Origin: Sphaeroforma arctica JP610
Taxonomy: Eukaryota
Length of the DNA stretch: 33,555 nt
Reading direction: 5' to 3'
NCBI RefSeq assembly: GCF_001186125.1
Contig: NW_014040511.1
Span: forward strand, 48,752 to 82,306
The position numbers and the translations under genes were made by a program. Positions 21,665 to 33,555 of the stretch are shown piece by piece; within the stretch, counting starts at the first letter, position 1, and the number at the start of each line of letters is the position of its first letter. The notes under the pieces were generated by a model. It was given only the letters and a program-made list of their open reading frames with translations, had not been told where the DNA came from and searched no databases.

Positions 21665-24600
21665 TTAACACTGCAGCTGTAAATTGGGCACACTGCGTTT
21701 CCTCGCAAGCAGTAGATTGTCCGCAAACTCCGACGGAGTCTTCGTCTGGCTATTGACTATGTCCTTGTGGACATCCATGGCCTGGTGTAGCACCTGCTGA
21801 GCGTTCTGGGCGTGAAGCTTAAATACAATCTCAAACTCTTTAAGGTCCTTTCGGAAGATGTTACAGTGTTGGAGATCCAGCATTGTCGCCTGTATTGCGA
21901 TGTATTGATTCGATGGGTGTGAGACAGTTACCCGCTCCTGAAACCCGAATAGTGGTGTGTACATGATGCAACTATTTTAAACCCTAAAACCCTAAGTTTC
22001 TATTTGACCTACAACAATCCTTCAACGTATAGGCACCTCAATTCATATCTACTGATATTATCTCGTGCACATGAAGAAAAAAATACAATCCGAATCCGCG
22101 ATGAAACCTCCAACGTTGAAACGCAAAGTAGCCAAATCATTGAAGATTAATGAGAGGCGCTGTTGTCAGGTGCATCAGATAGCCCACTAGTACACGGAGG
22201 GTGTCATATATATACACTACGTCCATCCATCCATATATATATATATATATATACATATATACATATATACATACATACATTATATATATTTGTATATATA
22301 AATATATATATATATATATCGATATACATATATTTATATAAACACATATACATATACATGTATATATACATATACATACACATATACATATATATATACA
22401 TATACAGATATATATATATATATAATTTGACAAGGGCTTAAAATGCTTCCCGTCTTAATTCAATATGACGCAATGATATGTCTTCTCCAACCCCATCCAC
22501 TATACCTTGGCTAAGAAGGCTTCCCGTTTGTCCTTGTATTCCGCTTCCATTGCCTGGTATATTAAATAGACTTCACTGAACTGGTTGTTGCCCTGCTCTC
22601 CTGCACGCTGTCTGCGTTGCTGGGCCGCGTGTGCCTTTTCGCGCGCAGTAAGTACGTCTGCCGCAGCCTAATAATGAATGTGCAAAGAAAACACACAAAC
22701 GTATGAATATTAATTATCGCATGAAATGCATCTGCAGCGGCCTAATAACGAGCGTGCATAGAGAACTCACATACGTACAAACATTCATCATATTAAAAAT
22801 ATCGGCAGCGTAATGAGTGTGCATAGAGAAAACACATACATATGAATATTGACTATCATATTAAATACATCTGTAGCGGCATAATATCGAATGTGTATAG
22901 AGATCACGCATACGTATAAATATTAAATACAATAGTGAATACATATGTATCGGCCCAATGATGAGTGTGTATAGAAAACACACATACGCATGCGAGACTA
23001 GTGATCATAGTGAGAACATCTGAAGCGGACTAATAACGAGGGTGCATGAAATACACACGTACGTATGCGAGATAAAATAGCATAGTCTATAGATCCGCAA
23101 GAGCCTATGAACAAGAACGAAGTACAGCATAGACAAACACTTATGATGAGACTAACACAACCGAAAGAAAAGTACGACTTCCGTACCTTAAACAAATAGA
23201 ACATCTATGTGCCTATGTATTCTCGGACCAACACACACGCACACACACGCACACACACACACACAGAGAGACTTCGTACATGCTGGGCTTTTATATCACC
23301 TACTACATGCTCATACTAACAAACACACAGTCACACGCACATACACACACACACTCACTCACTCGCCCACCTACACATACACGCAGAGCAATCTTACCTG
23401 CTGGGCATCTGGCACTCCTCGGGTGATGAACGCGTCCCAAGTGCTCTCCATTCGAGAGAGCAACGGTGACAAGTCCTGCTGCGACGTATGCACATCCTTA
23501 AGGGATTCGCCCATATTGCGCAGAACCCTTCCTGTGCAAAGAAGGATGGGGTTACTACTAGGTAACCATGGTGATTGGTATGCGCACACAGTAGCACTCT
23601 GCCTGTGTAAAGAAGGATGGGGTTACTACTAGGTAACCATGGTGATTGATATACGCACACAGTAGCACTCTGCCTGTGTAAAGAGGATGGGGTTACTACT
23701 AGGTAACCATGGTGGTTGGTATGCGCACACAGCAGCACTCTGCTTGGGTAAAGAAGGATGGGGTTACTACGAGGTAACCATGGTGATCGATATGCGCACA
23801 CAGTAGCACTCTGCCTGTGTAAAGAAGGATGGGGTCACTACTAGATAACCATGGTGATTGATATGCGCACACAGTAGCACTCTGCCTGTGCAAAGAAGAA
23901 TGGGGCTACCACTAAGTAACCATGGTGATTGGTACTCGCATACAAACCCCGCCTGCCTACGAGCTGCAATGCGATCTTCGACTTATCACGCAGAATGAAC
24001 ACACACGCCAGTACACATGCGTGCATATCAAACAGATACACTCATTTGTACCACATCCTCTCTCATATACACTCCTATGCTTATCAACAACATATACACA
24101 TATACACATGCGTGTATGTGAAACACATACCCAAATTTTTATCATATACACTCCAAAGCTTATCAACAACACGCACACACATACGCATGCGTGTATATTA
24201 GACACATACACTCATTTCTACCATACACTCCAAGACATATCAGGAGAGACTTACGTTTCATAGAGTCTCCATTGCTTTGTGTTGTTTTTGCTGTCGATGG
24301 ACTGCACACAGTACGTCAGCTGTAGTGTGACATACACTCGTTACAATCAAATAAACTCCGCACATGTCTGTACACACCAACACACAAACATGGAACAACA
24401 GCCACACACCACGATGTACATATATGTGTGTATATCTACCACATACACACATCAATGCACATACATGCACACATGTGTATATATATCTACCACTTACACA
24501 CATCAATGCACATACATGAATAACAACACCACACACCACGATGTACACATGTGGATATATATCTACCACATACACACATCAATGCACTTACATGAATAAT

Positions 24601-26551
24601 AACACCACACACCACGATGTACACATGTGTATATATATCTACCACATACACACATCAATACACATACATGAATAACAACACCACACACCACGATGTACAC
24701 ATATCTACTCAACCACATACAGGCATCAACAGCCACCCCAACACACATGCATGTCTGCTCACGCACACACCTGTGTCACCTCGTGTCTTCATGCCCTCGT
24801 CATTGAGGGCCTTGGCCAAGTGTTTGATCTGCAGAGTCATGGTTATGAATGCCTTACGGTACATGCTCAGAGCCTTGACCGATTCAGCAAACGTGTGGGA
24901 GAAACGCTCTAACGACTCCAAAGCATCGTCTAGTTCGGGATCAGCTGGGATAGAAATGGATAAAATATAATGATAGTTGCTAAGGTGTAGAGAAGATAAT
25001 GATAGTTGCTAAGGTGTAGATAAGATAGTGATAGTTGATAAGGTGTAGATAAGACAATGATAGCTGCTAAGGTGTAAATAAGATAATGATAGTTGCTAAG
25101 GTGTAGGAAAGATAATGATAGTTGCTAAGGTGTAGATAATATAATGATAGTTGCTAAGGTGTAGATAAGATAATGATAGTTGCTAAGGTGTAGATAAGAT
25201 AGTGATAGTTGATAAGGTGTAGATAAGACAATGATAACTGCTAAGGTGTAAATAAGATAATGATAGTTGCTAAGGTGTAGGAAAGATAATGATAGTTGCT
25301 ATGGTGTAGATAAGATAACGATAGGTACTCAGTTGTCTTGTAGTTGCTATCCCGCGCTAGACATTCCAACAGAACCAGCGACAGGCATTAAATGCCGACG
25401 TACTTGTCAGGAGGAAGAAAGAAACAGAGGCTGGTCCGGTAAAAGACGCCTGTGTGCTGTTACGCGTGGTTTGATATGCCGGCAGTATCACGTACTACAG
25501 TCTACATACACTATATTGCGAGCAGTTGTATATACGTGATAGTACATGTCTGTAACAGGTGCAAGCCGACTCGCCTGAGATGTCAATTGCGCACATGCCC
25601 GTGTATTCGACCAACACAAACGAATGAACAAATAAACCCCTCGATATGTCGGATGGGTGTCAGATACACTCTTACCGCTACTCGCGGGTGTACATACGAG
25701 AACGTGGCCATTCAGTGGAGATTGCATATGGTTCAAATGGATGAGCACGTACACACACAACCATAAATACACCAGATCAACACCAAGCGAATACCTTCAT
25801 ATGTTGGAACTGTGACGAAGATGTTTTTAAGGCTTCCCCATAATGAAGTAGAGCTGCCGGATTGTGACTGTGATCTCCCGACAGCATCCTTAGGCGTAGC
25901 CTCATCCTTTTGACTCGCTTCGGCACCACTATTATCAGTTGCCGTAGCATCGTCTTCTGTAGCTACGGTGGCTGACTGCTGTGTACCGTCTGTACTATTC
26001 CCTCTCGTAGGTTCAGTAATGTCTTTATCCGAGCTCGTTTGTGCACCTTGTTGCTCGGTCTCAGCAGTAGGAAGGTCTTTTGTGTGTGTATGTGTGGGTG
26101 TGTTCGTGTCATCCTCTCTTTCCCCATCAATGTATGCACTGATCTGCTGCGTAGCCTGTTGTAAACTCTGCCCATCAGATTGTGTCTCCGTTAGGTCTGC
26201 ACTTTCGTGTTCACCATCACTACTCAAATCAAAGGTCACTGAACTCTTAGCGTCACCTTGGACTTCTTCACTTTTGGTATCCGACGCATCGGTTATATCC
26301 GTGTGTGTGATAACATCTGATCCATTTTCTAGTGTAACTTCAGTATGTTCAGCTACACTATCCTCCGCACTCTCTTGACATGCAACCGCTTCCGACGAGA
26401 CCATAGCCGTGTTTGTTGTTGAGTTTGCTTCTTCTTCTCCGTCAGCTACCGAAGTGGTACTTGAATTGACCGATGACTTCGATTGCGTCCCACTAGCGGG
26501 AGGGGTGGGGTCAGTGGGCGGTGGTGTTTGCGGGGGTGATGTCTCAGCCAT
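21665..26551 (-). CDS. Arfaptin/ICA69-like AH (BAR) domain protein with long acidic disordered N-terminus, ~483 aa; exons 26551-25795, 24944-24771, 23531-23398, 22667-22506, 21889-21665
   Basis: All introns are GT-AG with compatible phases (1,1,0,0). The spliced product reads [15 protein letters not shown]...[23 protein letters not shown]...[19 protein letters not shown]...[23 protein letters not shown], paralleling the ICA69/arfaptin AH domain as I recall it. The start ATG is tentative. Confidence 0.8.
22210..22425. repeat. Intronic (AT)n microsatellite
   Basis: Direct inspection. Confidence 0.9.
22655..23070. repeat. Degenerate ~70-bp tandem repeat overlapping the exon 4 acceptor
   Basis: Recurrent TCTG.AGCGGC.TAATAA.GAG.GTGCATAGAGAA units resembling TCTGCCGCAGCCTAATAATGAATGTGCA at the exon boundary. 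Confidence 0.7.
23532..23950. repeat. Minisatellite, ~6 x 71 bp, abutting the exon 3 acceptor
   Basis: Units start at 23532, 23603, 23674, 23744, 23815 and 23886. Confidence 0.92.
24400..24710. repeat. Intronic ~75-bp AC-rich tandem repeat
   Basis: CACACACCACGATGTACA...ATCTACCACATACACACATCAATGCAC repeated about 4 times. Confidence 0.8.
24967..25323. repeat. Minisatellite, ~12 x 29 bp
   Basis: ATAATGATAGTTGCTAAGGTGTAGATAAG units next to the exon 2 acceptor. Confidence 0.92.
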
Positions 26552-27002
26552 ATTGCTTAATGTGTGTGAATAGTTAGTATTTGTGGACAAAGTCGACGTT
26601 GAGGTGATTCTGCATACATATATATAAGTGCTTCTTTGTGTACTCCTATGAGGGATAACAACCGAGAGCTATTAGTAGTAAAAACAGGTATATCTATATC
26701 TATATCTATAGACATACACGAACATGTACATATATTGACATATACATAGATATATATTATCGCTTGTACACTATATAACATATATCAGGGTTACGGGGAT
26801 CATTGCTGAGTTTGTATTTATTTACTTTAAACACAGCCTCTTTTACTTCAAAGCTGTCCATACTATAGTTCGTTTCTTGAAAAAACTGTTACAATTTTAG
26901 GCTGTAAATAAAACGTAATATAAAATAATCATTCGTTTTTGCGTTAAAGTGCTAAACGTTTTTTGCATCATTGGGATTTCAACTGGGAGTGTAAATAGTA
27001 AT

Positions 27003-27570
27003 GAATAAAACACGGATGGGACGCCGCGGGGACTGAAAGAGCATACCTATAGGGGTAATTTACTTGTATATATTTAGACATTCTGATTCGGGCCTATTGA
27101 TCATTTTGTATAGGGTCTCAAATGGGCAAAATCGATTCCAGCCAGAAAAAAGGGGCCACTTACGATTTTTGGGGACGGACAAAAAGTCAGTGTCAAAACA
27201 CAGCTGGGACGCTGCGGGACTGAAAGCGCATAATCAGAGAGATAATTCATTTTGTTCATAATCACGTATCTATATAGAAATATTGGTAAAATATCTAGGC
27301 TCATATTTTTAGAAACAAATCCAAACAAATTATCCAAAAAAAAAAATAGTGATCTTTCTTTCTGAAATGAAGAGGGACTCCAAAGGGGTCTACAAATGGC
27401 GACGGACAAAAAATCGGTGATAAAGTTGATAGGGATTTAGAAAAGCTTTCTCTTTCAGTAGTAAAGTTGACCGGGACTGACGCTGTCAGTGATAAAACAC
27501 GGCTGTGACGCCGTGAGGTCTGTAAGCGTATACTCAGAGAGGTAATTCATTTTGTTCATATTCACGTTTA
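27003..27570. repeat. Three dispersed ~65-bp direct repeats, possibly subterminal repeats of a DNA transposon
   Basis: AAAACAC.G.TG.GACGC.G.G.G.CTG.AAG.G.ATA...TAATT at ~27007, ~27195 and ~27494. Confidence 0.6.
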
Positions 27571-30056
27571 AATATTCATAGCGTTCTAAATTGAAACAAA
27601 GGCTATGAAATATTGGCACCGCCAACAAAGTATTAGCTCAAAGTAGTGGCCCTAAATTTTAAATAACCAGTTTGAAAATCGTCCCAAAAATAGGACGGAC
27701 GCTGTCATTTCGAAAAATTACAGTGAAGTCTCCAATCAAACCGAAAAAATGTATAAATGAAAACGTCCATGAGTAAGAAAAAAAATGTTCCCACACAAGT
27801 TTTGAGCATTCTGAATGTAGCCTAATGAAACTATTTTTGAACTTTCTTTTAAAATAGATCAAATTTTCATAAAACGTAAGTACATGTTCTCTGTTTTTTC
27901 TACTTCATTTCTCTTAGTCTCAAGACTCAAAGTAAGGCCTCGATCTCCGAACCGGATGGGAAGCTGAATACTGCTGCCACTCCCACCGCTCCCTCAAGCT
28001 TTCCCTCCGGCTTCCCCCCTAATTACAAATTTATATGCTCAATTTATTTTAAATCATAACTTTCTGAATGTTTAAAAAGTATTAAAAATTAAAAATATTA
28101 CACATGGAGCAAGAAGATTGGGGGGAAGGGGGGGGGGGAATCTTCTTAAAAATATTAAAAGGAAAACATAGCTTTCTGACACAAACCTCTATTTAAATTC
28201 TTGACAATTTAAAAAATAAAATTAAGCACCATTTCACTTGACCTTCATAACGATATTTAGCCAAGAATTGATACCTAGACTACCTCAAGTCTCAGGGTAT
28301 CCGGCTCTTGCCAGGCTCAGGTTTATTGCTGGTAATATAACCTAAGTGGTGGGGGGGGGGTCTCCGTCCCCACCTCCCCCCCCCCCTCTCCTTAGTCTCA
28401 GCCTTTTTGAAAGTCAGCCTATTTGATAATTTATTTCTTGATCGAGTTTACTTTTTTTAAAGTCATTTTTTTAATGTTAATTTTATACACTAAATGCAGT
28501 ATTTAAACAATCATATCTTTTTGAATGTTTGAAAAGTGTTTCTTGTTTTAAGATAAAAAATAGTTTTTGAAAATATTACAAAAGTAGACTATCCTTCTCC
28601 CCCTTATAATTATGTTCCATTTTTATTCAACTATTTATTAAAAAAAAAGAAATCATAGCTTTCTGACATCTATTAAAATTCATGACAATTTAAAAAAATA
28701 ACCTGACATAGACTGAATTAAAATAATATATATTTACGACATGAATGAAGTAGCAGTCTATACATTAAAAAAAAATTGTCAATATTTAAATTATCAATAA
28801 TTACTAGTATTATCAATTTTTAACACTAGCTTACTGACATAGACGTCTAAATTAACATTATATACTGGATCCAGTAGCAGGCTATATACGACAATTATAT
28901 ATAATCTATTTTAATCATTTTTTATTTTTTTGTTATTTTTATAATATTACAAAATGAATATTTAAATATACACTAAATAGCGAGCGAAGCGAGCTAAATC
29001 ATATTTTTTAATATTTTTTTAGATAACATTATTATATACAATTGTGATTCTCTTTTTCAAAGAAAAATAAAATCCACCGGTGCCATCCCCGACCAGGGAA
29101 CGCGAAGGCATTAGCAATAATACATATTTAGTAAAACCTTACATAAGACAATGTTAGATTTATTAGGTTTATTAGATGGTAATATCTTAAATGAATTTTA
29201 CTCCTAAAATTCCAAGTCAGCTCTGTATCAGTTCTACCCAGTACAAGCTTGTAGTGTTTTCCTTTAGTTACCAGCATATATTTTAACTGAATTAATCACG
29301 TCCACGAGCTCTTGTACAATGATGACCGGCTCAGCCCTAGATGGACAAAAATATGAAGTTGTCCCATGCGTATAGCCGGTATGTTCAGAACTTGTAGAAT
29401 CCGGTCGGCACCTGACAAAATTTGTCGTGAGTCCCTCTCAATCGTATGGTCCGTGTCCGTCTAGACTGTATCATGCCTTAAGATGAGTAACCCATATACG
29501 AAAAATTTCCGAAATGTTGGACTTAGTAGCCGAAAAAGTAAAACAACCCACTTAGCGTTTTGCACATGTCATAAGCCCTAAGTTGTCGCTCCACTTGATA
29601 ACCTCTTTCTTATGCTGTATGGTCTTATCCAAGCGATTGTTAAAGCGAAAATCGATTGTTGAGTCTCAGATAATAAAATGGTCTAGCGTAGTATACACTT
29701 CTACTTTAGTATTTTATCCGGTATTGAATCAGAGAAAAGTTATGTCACCACCACATCAGTATGCAATGTAAACTGCGGATTAATTACAAGCAGTTGTTTC
29801 AACAGTCGAACACAGGCTTTCTTGCTCACATAGAAACTTCATTCTTCGTATAACAAAAAATTACTTAACTAATTAAATTTAGTTAGCTTAACCTGTGAGG
29901 AACGTTGTAATACAATTAATAAAGTAGTTCGGTAACTTAAAAATGTGGGAGCTTTACCCAGCCCGCTAAGCGTACCGTGTTAGAGAATAACACTGCGCGC
30001 AATACTAAGAAACCTCGCACTACTGCTGGAGGTAGTAAAGGCTCTACTTCTACTGA

Positions 30057-30535
30057 TGTAAACTTCGATGGATATTTCTATGTTTTAAACTATGTTAAAT
30101 CAACTAAGATACAATTTAAGTCAGTTTGGATTTAGCAGTGATAGCTTGTGTAAGAATGATCGGGGATTGGCGGGAAGATCAAAACCTGTAAGTAATAGTT
30201 CAGAGATTATAAAATTTAGTTTATAATATCCTACATCTACTATCGTTTCAATTAGTTCCCAGTAAATAACTCATACCAAATACTTAGGCTATTGGAGCCA
30301 TCAAAGTGGATTTAGAACACTTTGGGAATATTGCAAAAAAAAAAACTTGTATTAAAATATTTGAAATATAAACAAAAACCAATGTGCTATCACATTTGAT
30401 CTTGATATTTTAAACTGACCGGAGGCCGTATTTCTACATAGCCTCCAGTAGCTCTTAGGACTACCGACGTACGTGAAGGTACGATGTAGTTCGTAAAGCA
30501 AAAACCAAAGTAAGACGGTTTCGGTCATGGCTTAT
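30057..30535 (-). repeat. Family B LTR-like repeat, inverted, cut by a family A LTR
   Basis: Reverse complement of 1-506 and 32255-33049, with an internal deletion. Starts TGTAAAC. Confidence 0.8.
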
Positions 30536-31330
30536 TGTGAGATTCGGTCTCTCAAGGCGATATTAACGCCTTAGAGTAATTAAACGCGTAAGTAAAAAAT
30601 AAGTATCGTGATATTTAAAGTAAATAAACGAAATGAGTCTTTTAGTAAAGTTAGGTAAGCCTCGTGAAAACAGCAATACTCTGAGGGATTGCGAGGCTGA
30701 GACATTGCCTATATATAATCCTCTCAGTACTGATTTCGCTGAATGGATTTTATTTAGTGTTTCGTTGTCGCTCTATTAGAAACTATGGTATGTTTCGTTG
30801 GGGCGAATCCGAGAGACTCATAAAATCTCATCTTTAGAAGAAGAAAACAAGACAAAGAAAATTACTCTTGATATTGGTTGAACGGAGGTTAAACTAGGTA
30901 ACGTTAATAGTCCCTAGAAATACATATATATTCGATTGAGCTATCTCGCTACCGAAGTATTCAGACAAAAATAGATTTGGAAAGTAAATATAGTTTTAGG
31001 GTTTATATCTTTAGAAATAAAAAAATAGAACAAAACAATACTCTTGATGTCCTTAGTTATTACATTAACCAATAACTTGCCACTTATCAAGAATTATCGA
31101 CTTAGCCTTCACCAGACTGGCACATCTGGTTGGCAGAACGGAGGTTAAACTAGATAACGTTAATAGTCCTTAGAAAGCTATATTCATTTGAGCCATCTCG
31201 CTACCGAAGTATTCAGATATAAATAAATTTGGAAAGTAAATATAGTTATATTAATAGAACTAGGCCAACTTATGTTTGGTATTTTACTGGGGCCTTTTAA
31301 TGGTCTTGTCTGAATATCTGATATGTAAAA
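30536..31330 (-). repeat. Family A LTR, inverted, with internal duplication, truncated
   Basis: Starts TGTGAGATTCGG. Matches 4440-5692 and 33061-33555. Confidence 0.85.
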
Positions 31331-31331
31331 T

Positions 31332-32226
31332 TGGCCTTATCATTTGAAATGGATTCAGACTCAAATGAATAACTGCATGAATCCTCAAACTGGAATACTC
31401 CCGTTTCACTACTTCTTTGGCCGCTATAGTGAGTTACAAGCAACATTTGACAAAACTGCGCCCGAGAAACACGTTACTCCGTGGTTACAAAAGATCGAGC
31501 ATATGCATAACGTTGTTTACCCCTGTTTACTCGAGCACAAAAATCGTGACCTACTTAAAGCGTATGACCGATGGAATAACACTACGAACATTGTTCAGTT
31601 CAAAGTTGGCGATTATGTTAACATTATAAATCGCAATGCCAACATTGCCGAACTCTCTTCTAAGACAATTGGACCTTTTGTTGTTTCCTACCATGATGAG
31701 AAGAGTAATACTTACGAAGTGAATAACATAAATGGTAGTAGCGCAACTAATCTAGGCACTCACCGAATCCCTACCTCCGAACTCTCATTCACTTGCTCAT
31801 TTGATTCTGATGCCCCAGTTATGGAGTCACAAGTCAAAGATATAATTGAAAAAACATCCGAAGACGGTTACATTTACTACAAGACCCGTTTTATGGATGG
31901 GACAGTAGCTTGGCTAACCTCCGATGCGTTTCGTGAATCTCGCGACTTCCTTCGTATTTTTATTAAGAAATGGAATAAGCATTTACATAAGAACACACGA
32001 GATAAACGGCAAGGGTGACTACAAACCCGGATGTATCTGAAATTCCCTATTTTCCACATACTTTCTATGTGACTAAACTTTCTGATCTGTTTACCAACAG
32101 AGCAGAAATACTAATGAAGATCAACCTTTGGCTATTACCTTACTAAGAAATAAACGTAAGGCGTCTACATCGGAAATGATTACTGGACCAAATACTACCT
32201 GACATAGAGTAGAACATGAGTCTTGA
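31332..32226 (+). pseudogene. C-terminal integrase and chromodomain-like fragment of a second, related gypsy family (B)
   Basis: WPYHLKWIQTQMN...FKVGDYV...KTIGPFVV...TYEV...VKDIIEKTSEDGYIYYKTRFMDGTVAWLTSDAF, plus tail KRKASTSEMITGP. Colinear with 2298-3139. Confidence 0.85.
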
Positions 32227-32254
32227 ACTCGTACAAATAGACACATACTTACTC

Positions 32255-33049
32255 GATAAGCCATGACCGAAACCGGTTTACTTTGGTTTTCGCTTTACAA
32301 ACTACATCGTACCTTCACGTACGTCCGACGTCCTAAACGCTACTGGGGGCTATGTAGAAATACGGCCTCCGGTCAGTCTACAATATCAAAATCAAATGTG
32401 ATAGCACATTGGTTTTTGTTTATATTTAAAATAATTTAATACAAGATTTTTTTTTTGCAATATTTCCAAAGTGTTCTAAATCCAATTTGATGGCTCTAAT
32501 AGCCAAAGTATTTGGTATGAGTCATTTACTGGGACCTATTTGAGACATTAGTAGATGTAGGATATTATAAACTAAATTTTATAATCTCTGAACTACTACT
32601 TACAGGTTTTGGTCTTCCCGCCAATCTCCAAAATCCAATAAGTCTTTTTCTTCTATTTATAACTTTTCTTTAGATCGACCTTTCTTTATATTTGCTAAAT
32701 TATTAACTTGACTTACGTTCTTATGTCTATCTACAAATTAGACATGTGGTCATGAACACTAGTACTTCTAGTGAAAATTATTCAATAAAGAACAGTCAGA
32801 GTTACGTCCTGTGTGATCGAGGATATTAAGGCTCTTACCAAGAGGCAGTCCCGATCATTCTTACACAATAAACCCTAACTCATAATCTCTGAACTACTAC
32901 TTACAGGTTTTGGTCTTCCCGCCAATCTCCAAAATCCAATAAGTCTTTTCTTCAGATGGACCTTTATACAAGCTACCACTGCTAAATTCTAACTGACTTA
33001 AATTTTATCCTAGTTTATATAACATTATTTAAAACATAAAAATATCCAT
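32255..33049 (+). repeat. Family B LTR-like repeat with internal duplication
   Basis: Follows the family B pol end and matches 1-497. Segment 32882-32967 re-copies 32581-32690. Confidence 0.8.
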
Positions 33050-33060
33050 AGGCTCGACGA

Positions 33061-33555
33061 TGTAAGATTCAGTCTATCAAGGCGATATTAACGCCATAGA
33101 GTAGTTAAACGCTTAGAATAAATCTCAGTATCGTGGAATTCGAAGTAAATGAACCAAATGAGTCTTTTGATATAGTTAGGTTTGCCTCGTGAAAACAGCA
33201 ATACTCTGAGGGATTGCGAGGCTGAGACATTGCCTATATATAATCCTCTCAGTACTGATTTCGCTGAATGGATTTTATTTAGTGTTTCGTTGTCGCTCTA
33301 TTAGAAACTATGGTATGTTTCGTTGGGGCGAATCCGAGAGACTCATAAAATCTCATCTTTAGAAGAAGAAAACAAGACAAAGAAAATTACTCTTGATATT
33401 GGTTGAACGGAGGTTAAACTAGGTAACGTTAATAGTCCCTAGAAATACATATATATTCGATTGAGCTATCTCGCTACCGAAGTATTCAGACAAAAATAGA
33501 TTTGGAAAGCAAATATAGTTCCATTAATAAAACTAGACCAAATCTTATGTTTGAT
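33061..33555 (-). repeat. Family A LTR, inverted, running off the window
   Basis: Starts TGTAAGATTCAG. From ~33185 it is nearly identical to 30659-30995, including the same internal deletion. Confidence 0.85.

Noticed and set aside
22137..22200. Extra exon in the last intron of the AH gene
   Set aside because: Stop codon right after the candidate acceptor; exons 4 and 5 already join in frame.
23532..25323. 71-bp and 29-bp arrays as possible CRISPR
   Set aside because: Head-to-tail units with no unique spacers, intronic eukaryotic context, no cas genes.
28160..29115. Direct repeat (28163/28651) and GCGAGCGAAGCGAGC motif as Helitron-like ends
   Set aside because: No matching termini or hairpin-CTAG end could be defined.
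29100..30056. Possible further TE remnant, including gag-like PAKRTVLENNTARNTKKPRTT at ~29960-30056
   Set aside because: No diagnostic motif or sustained ORF, so it cannot be assigned.

Overview
Eukaryotic scaffold with two N-gaps (4504-5044, 12489-12798). GT-AG introns full of (AT)n/(AC)n and the overall style suggest a unicellular holozoan such as an ichthyosporean, which is an inference only. Both ends hold nested, decayed Ty3/gypsy LTR retrotransposons of two related families. The left element (~507-3861) reads RT, RNase H remnant, DIRS-type N6-adenine methyltransferase, HHCC/DDE/GPY-F integrase and chromodomain-like tail, then PPT and LTR. A Dam-like MTase inside an integrase-type LTR element is the most unusual feature here. 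The centre has three tandem, intronless, Cys/His-rich, almost lysine-free YHYH-family genes with signal peptides; the third has an early in-frame TAG. Convergent to them is a five-exon arfaptin/ICA69-like AH(BAR)-domain gene (21665-26551, minus strand). Two of its introns contain tandem repeats built from the 3' splice site itself, and a decayed fragment of the gene lies between YHYH copies 2 and 3. Also present: a MITE, several mini/microsatellites, and telomere-like TTAGGGTTTA inserts at two duplication junctions. All assignments come from manual translation and motif recognition; no searches were run.
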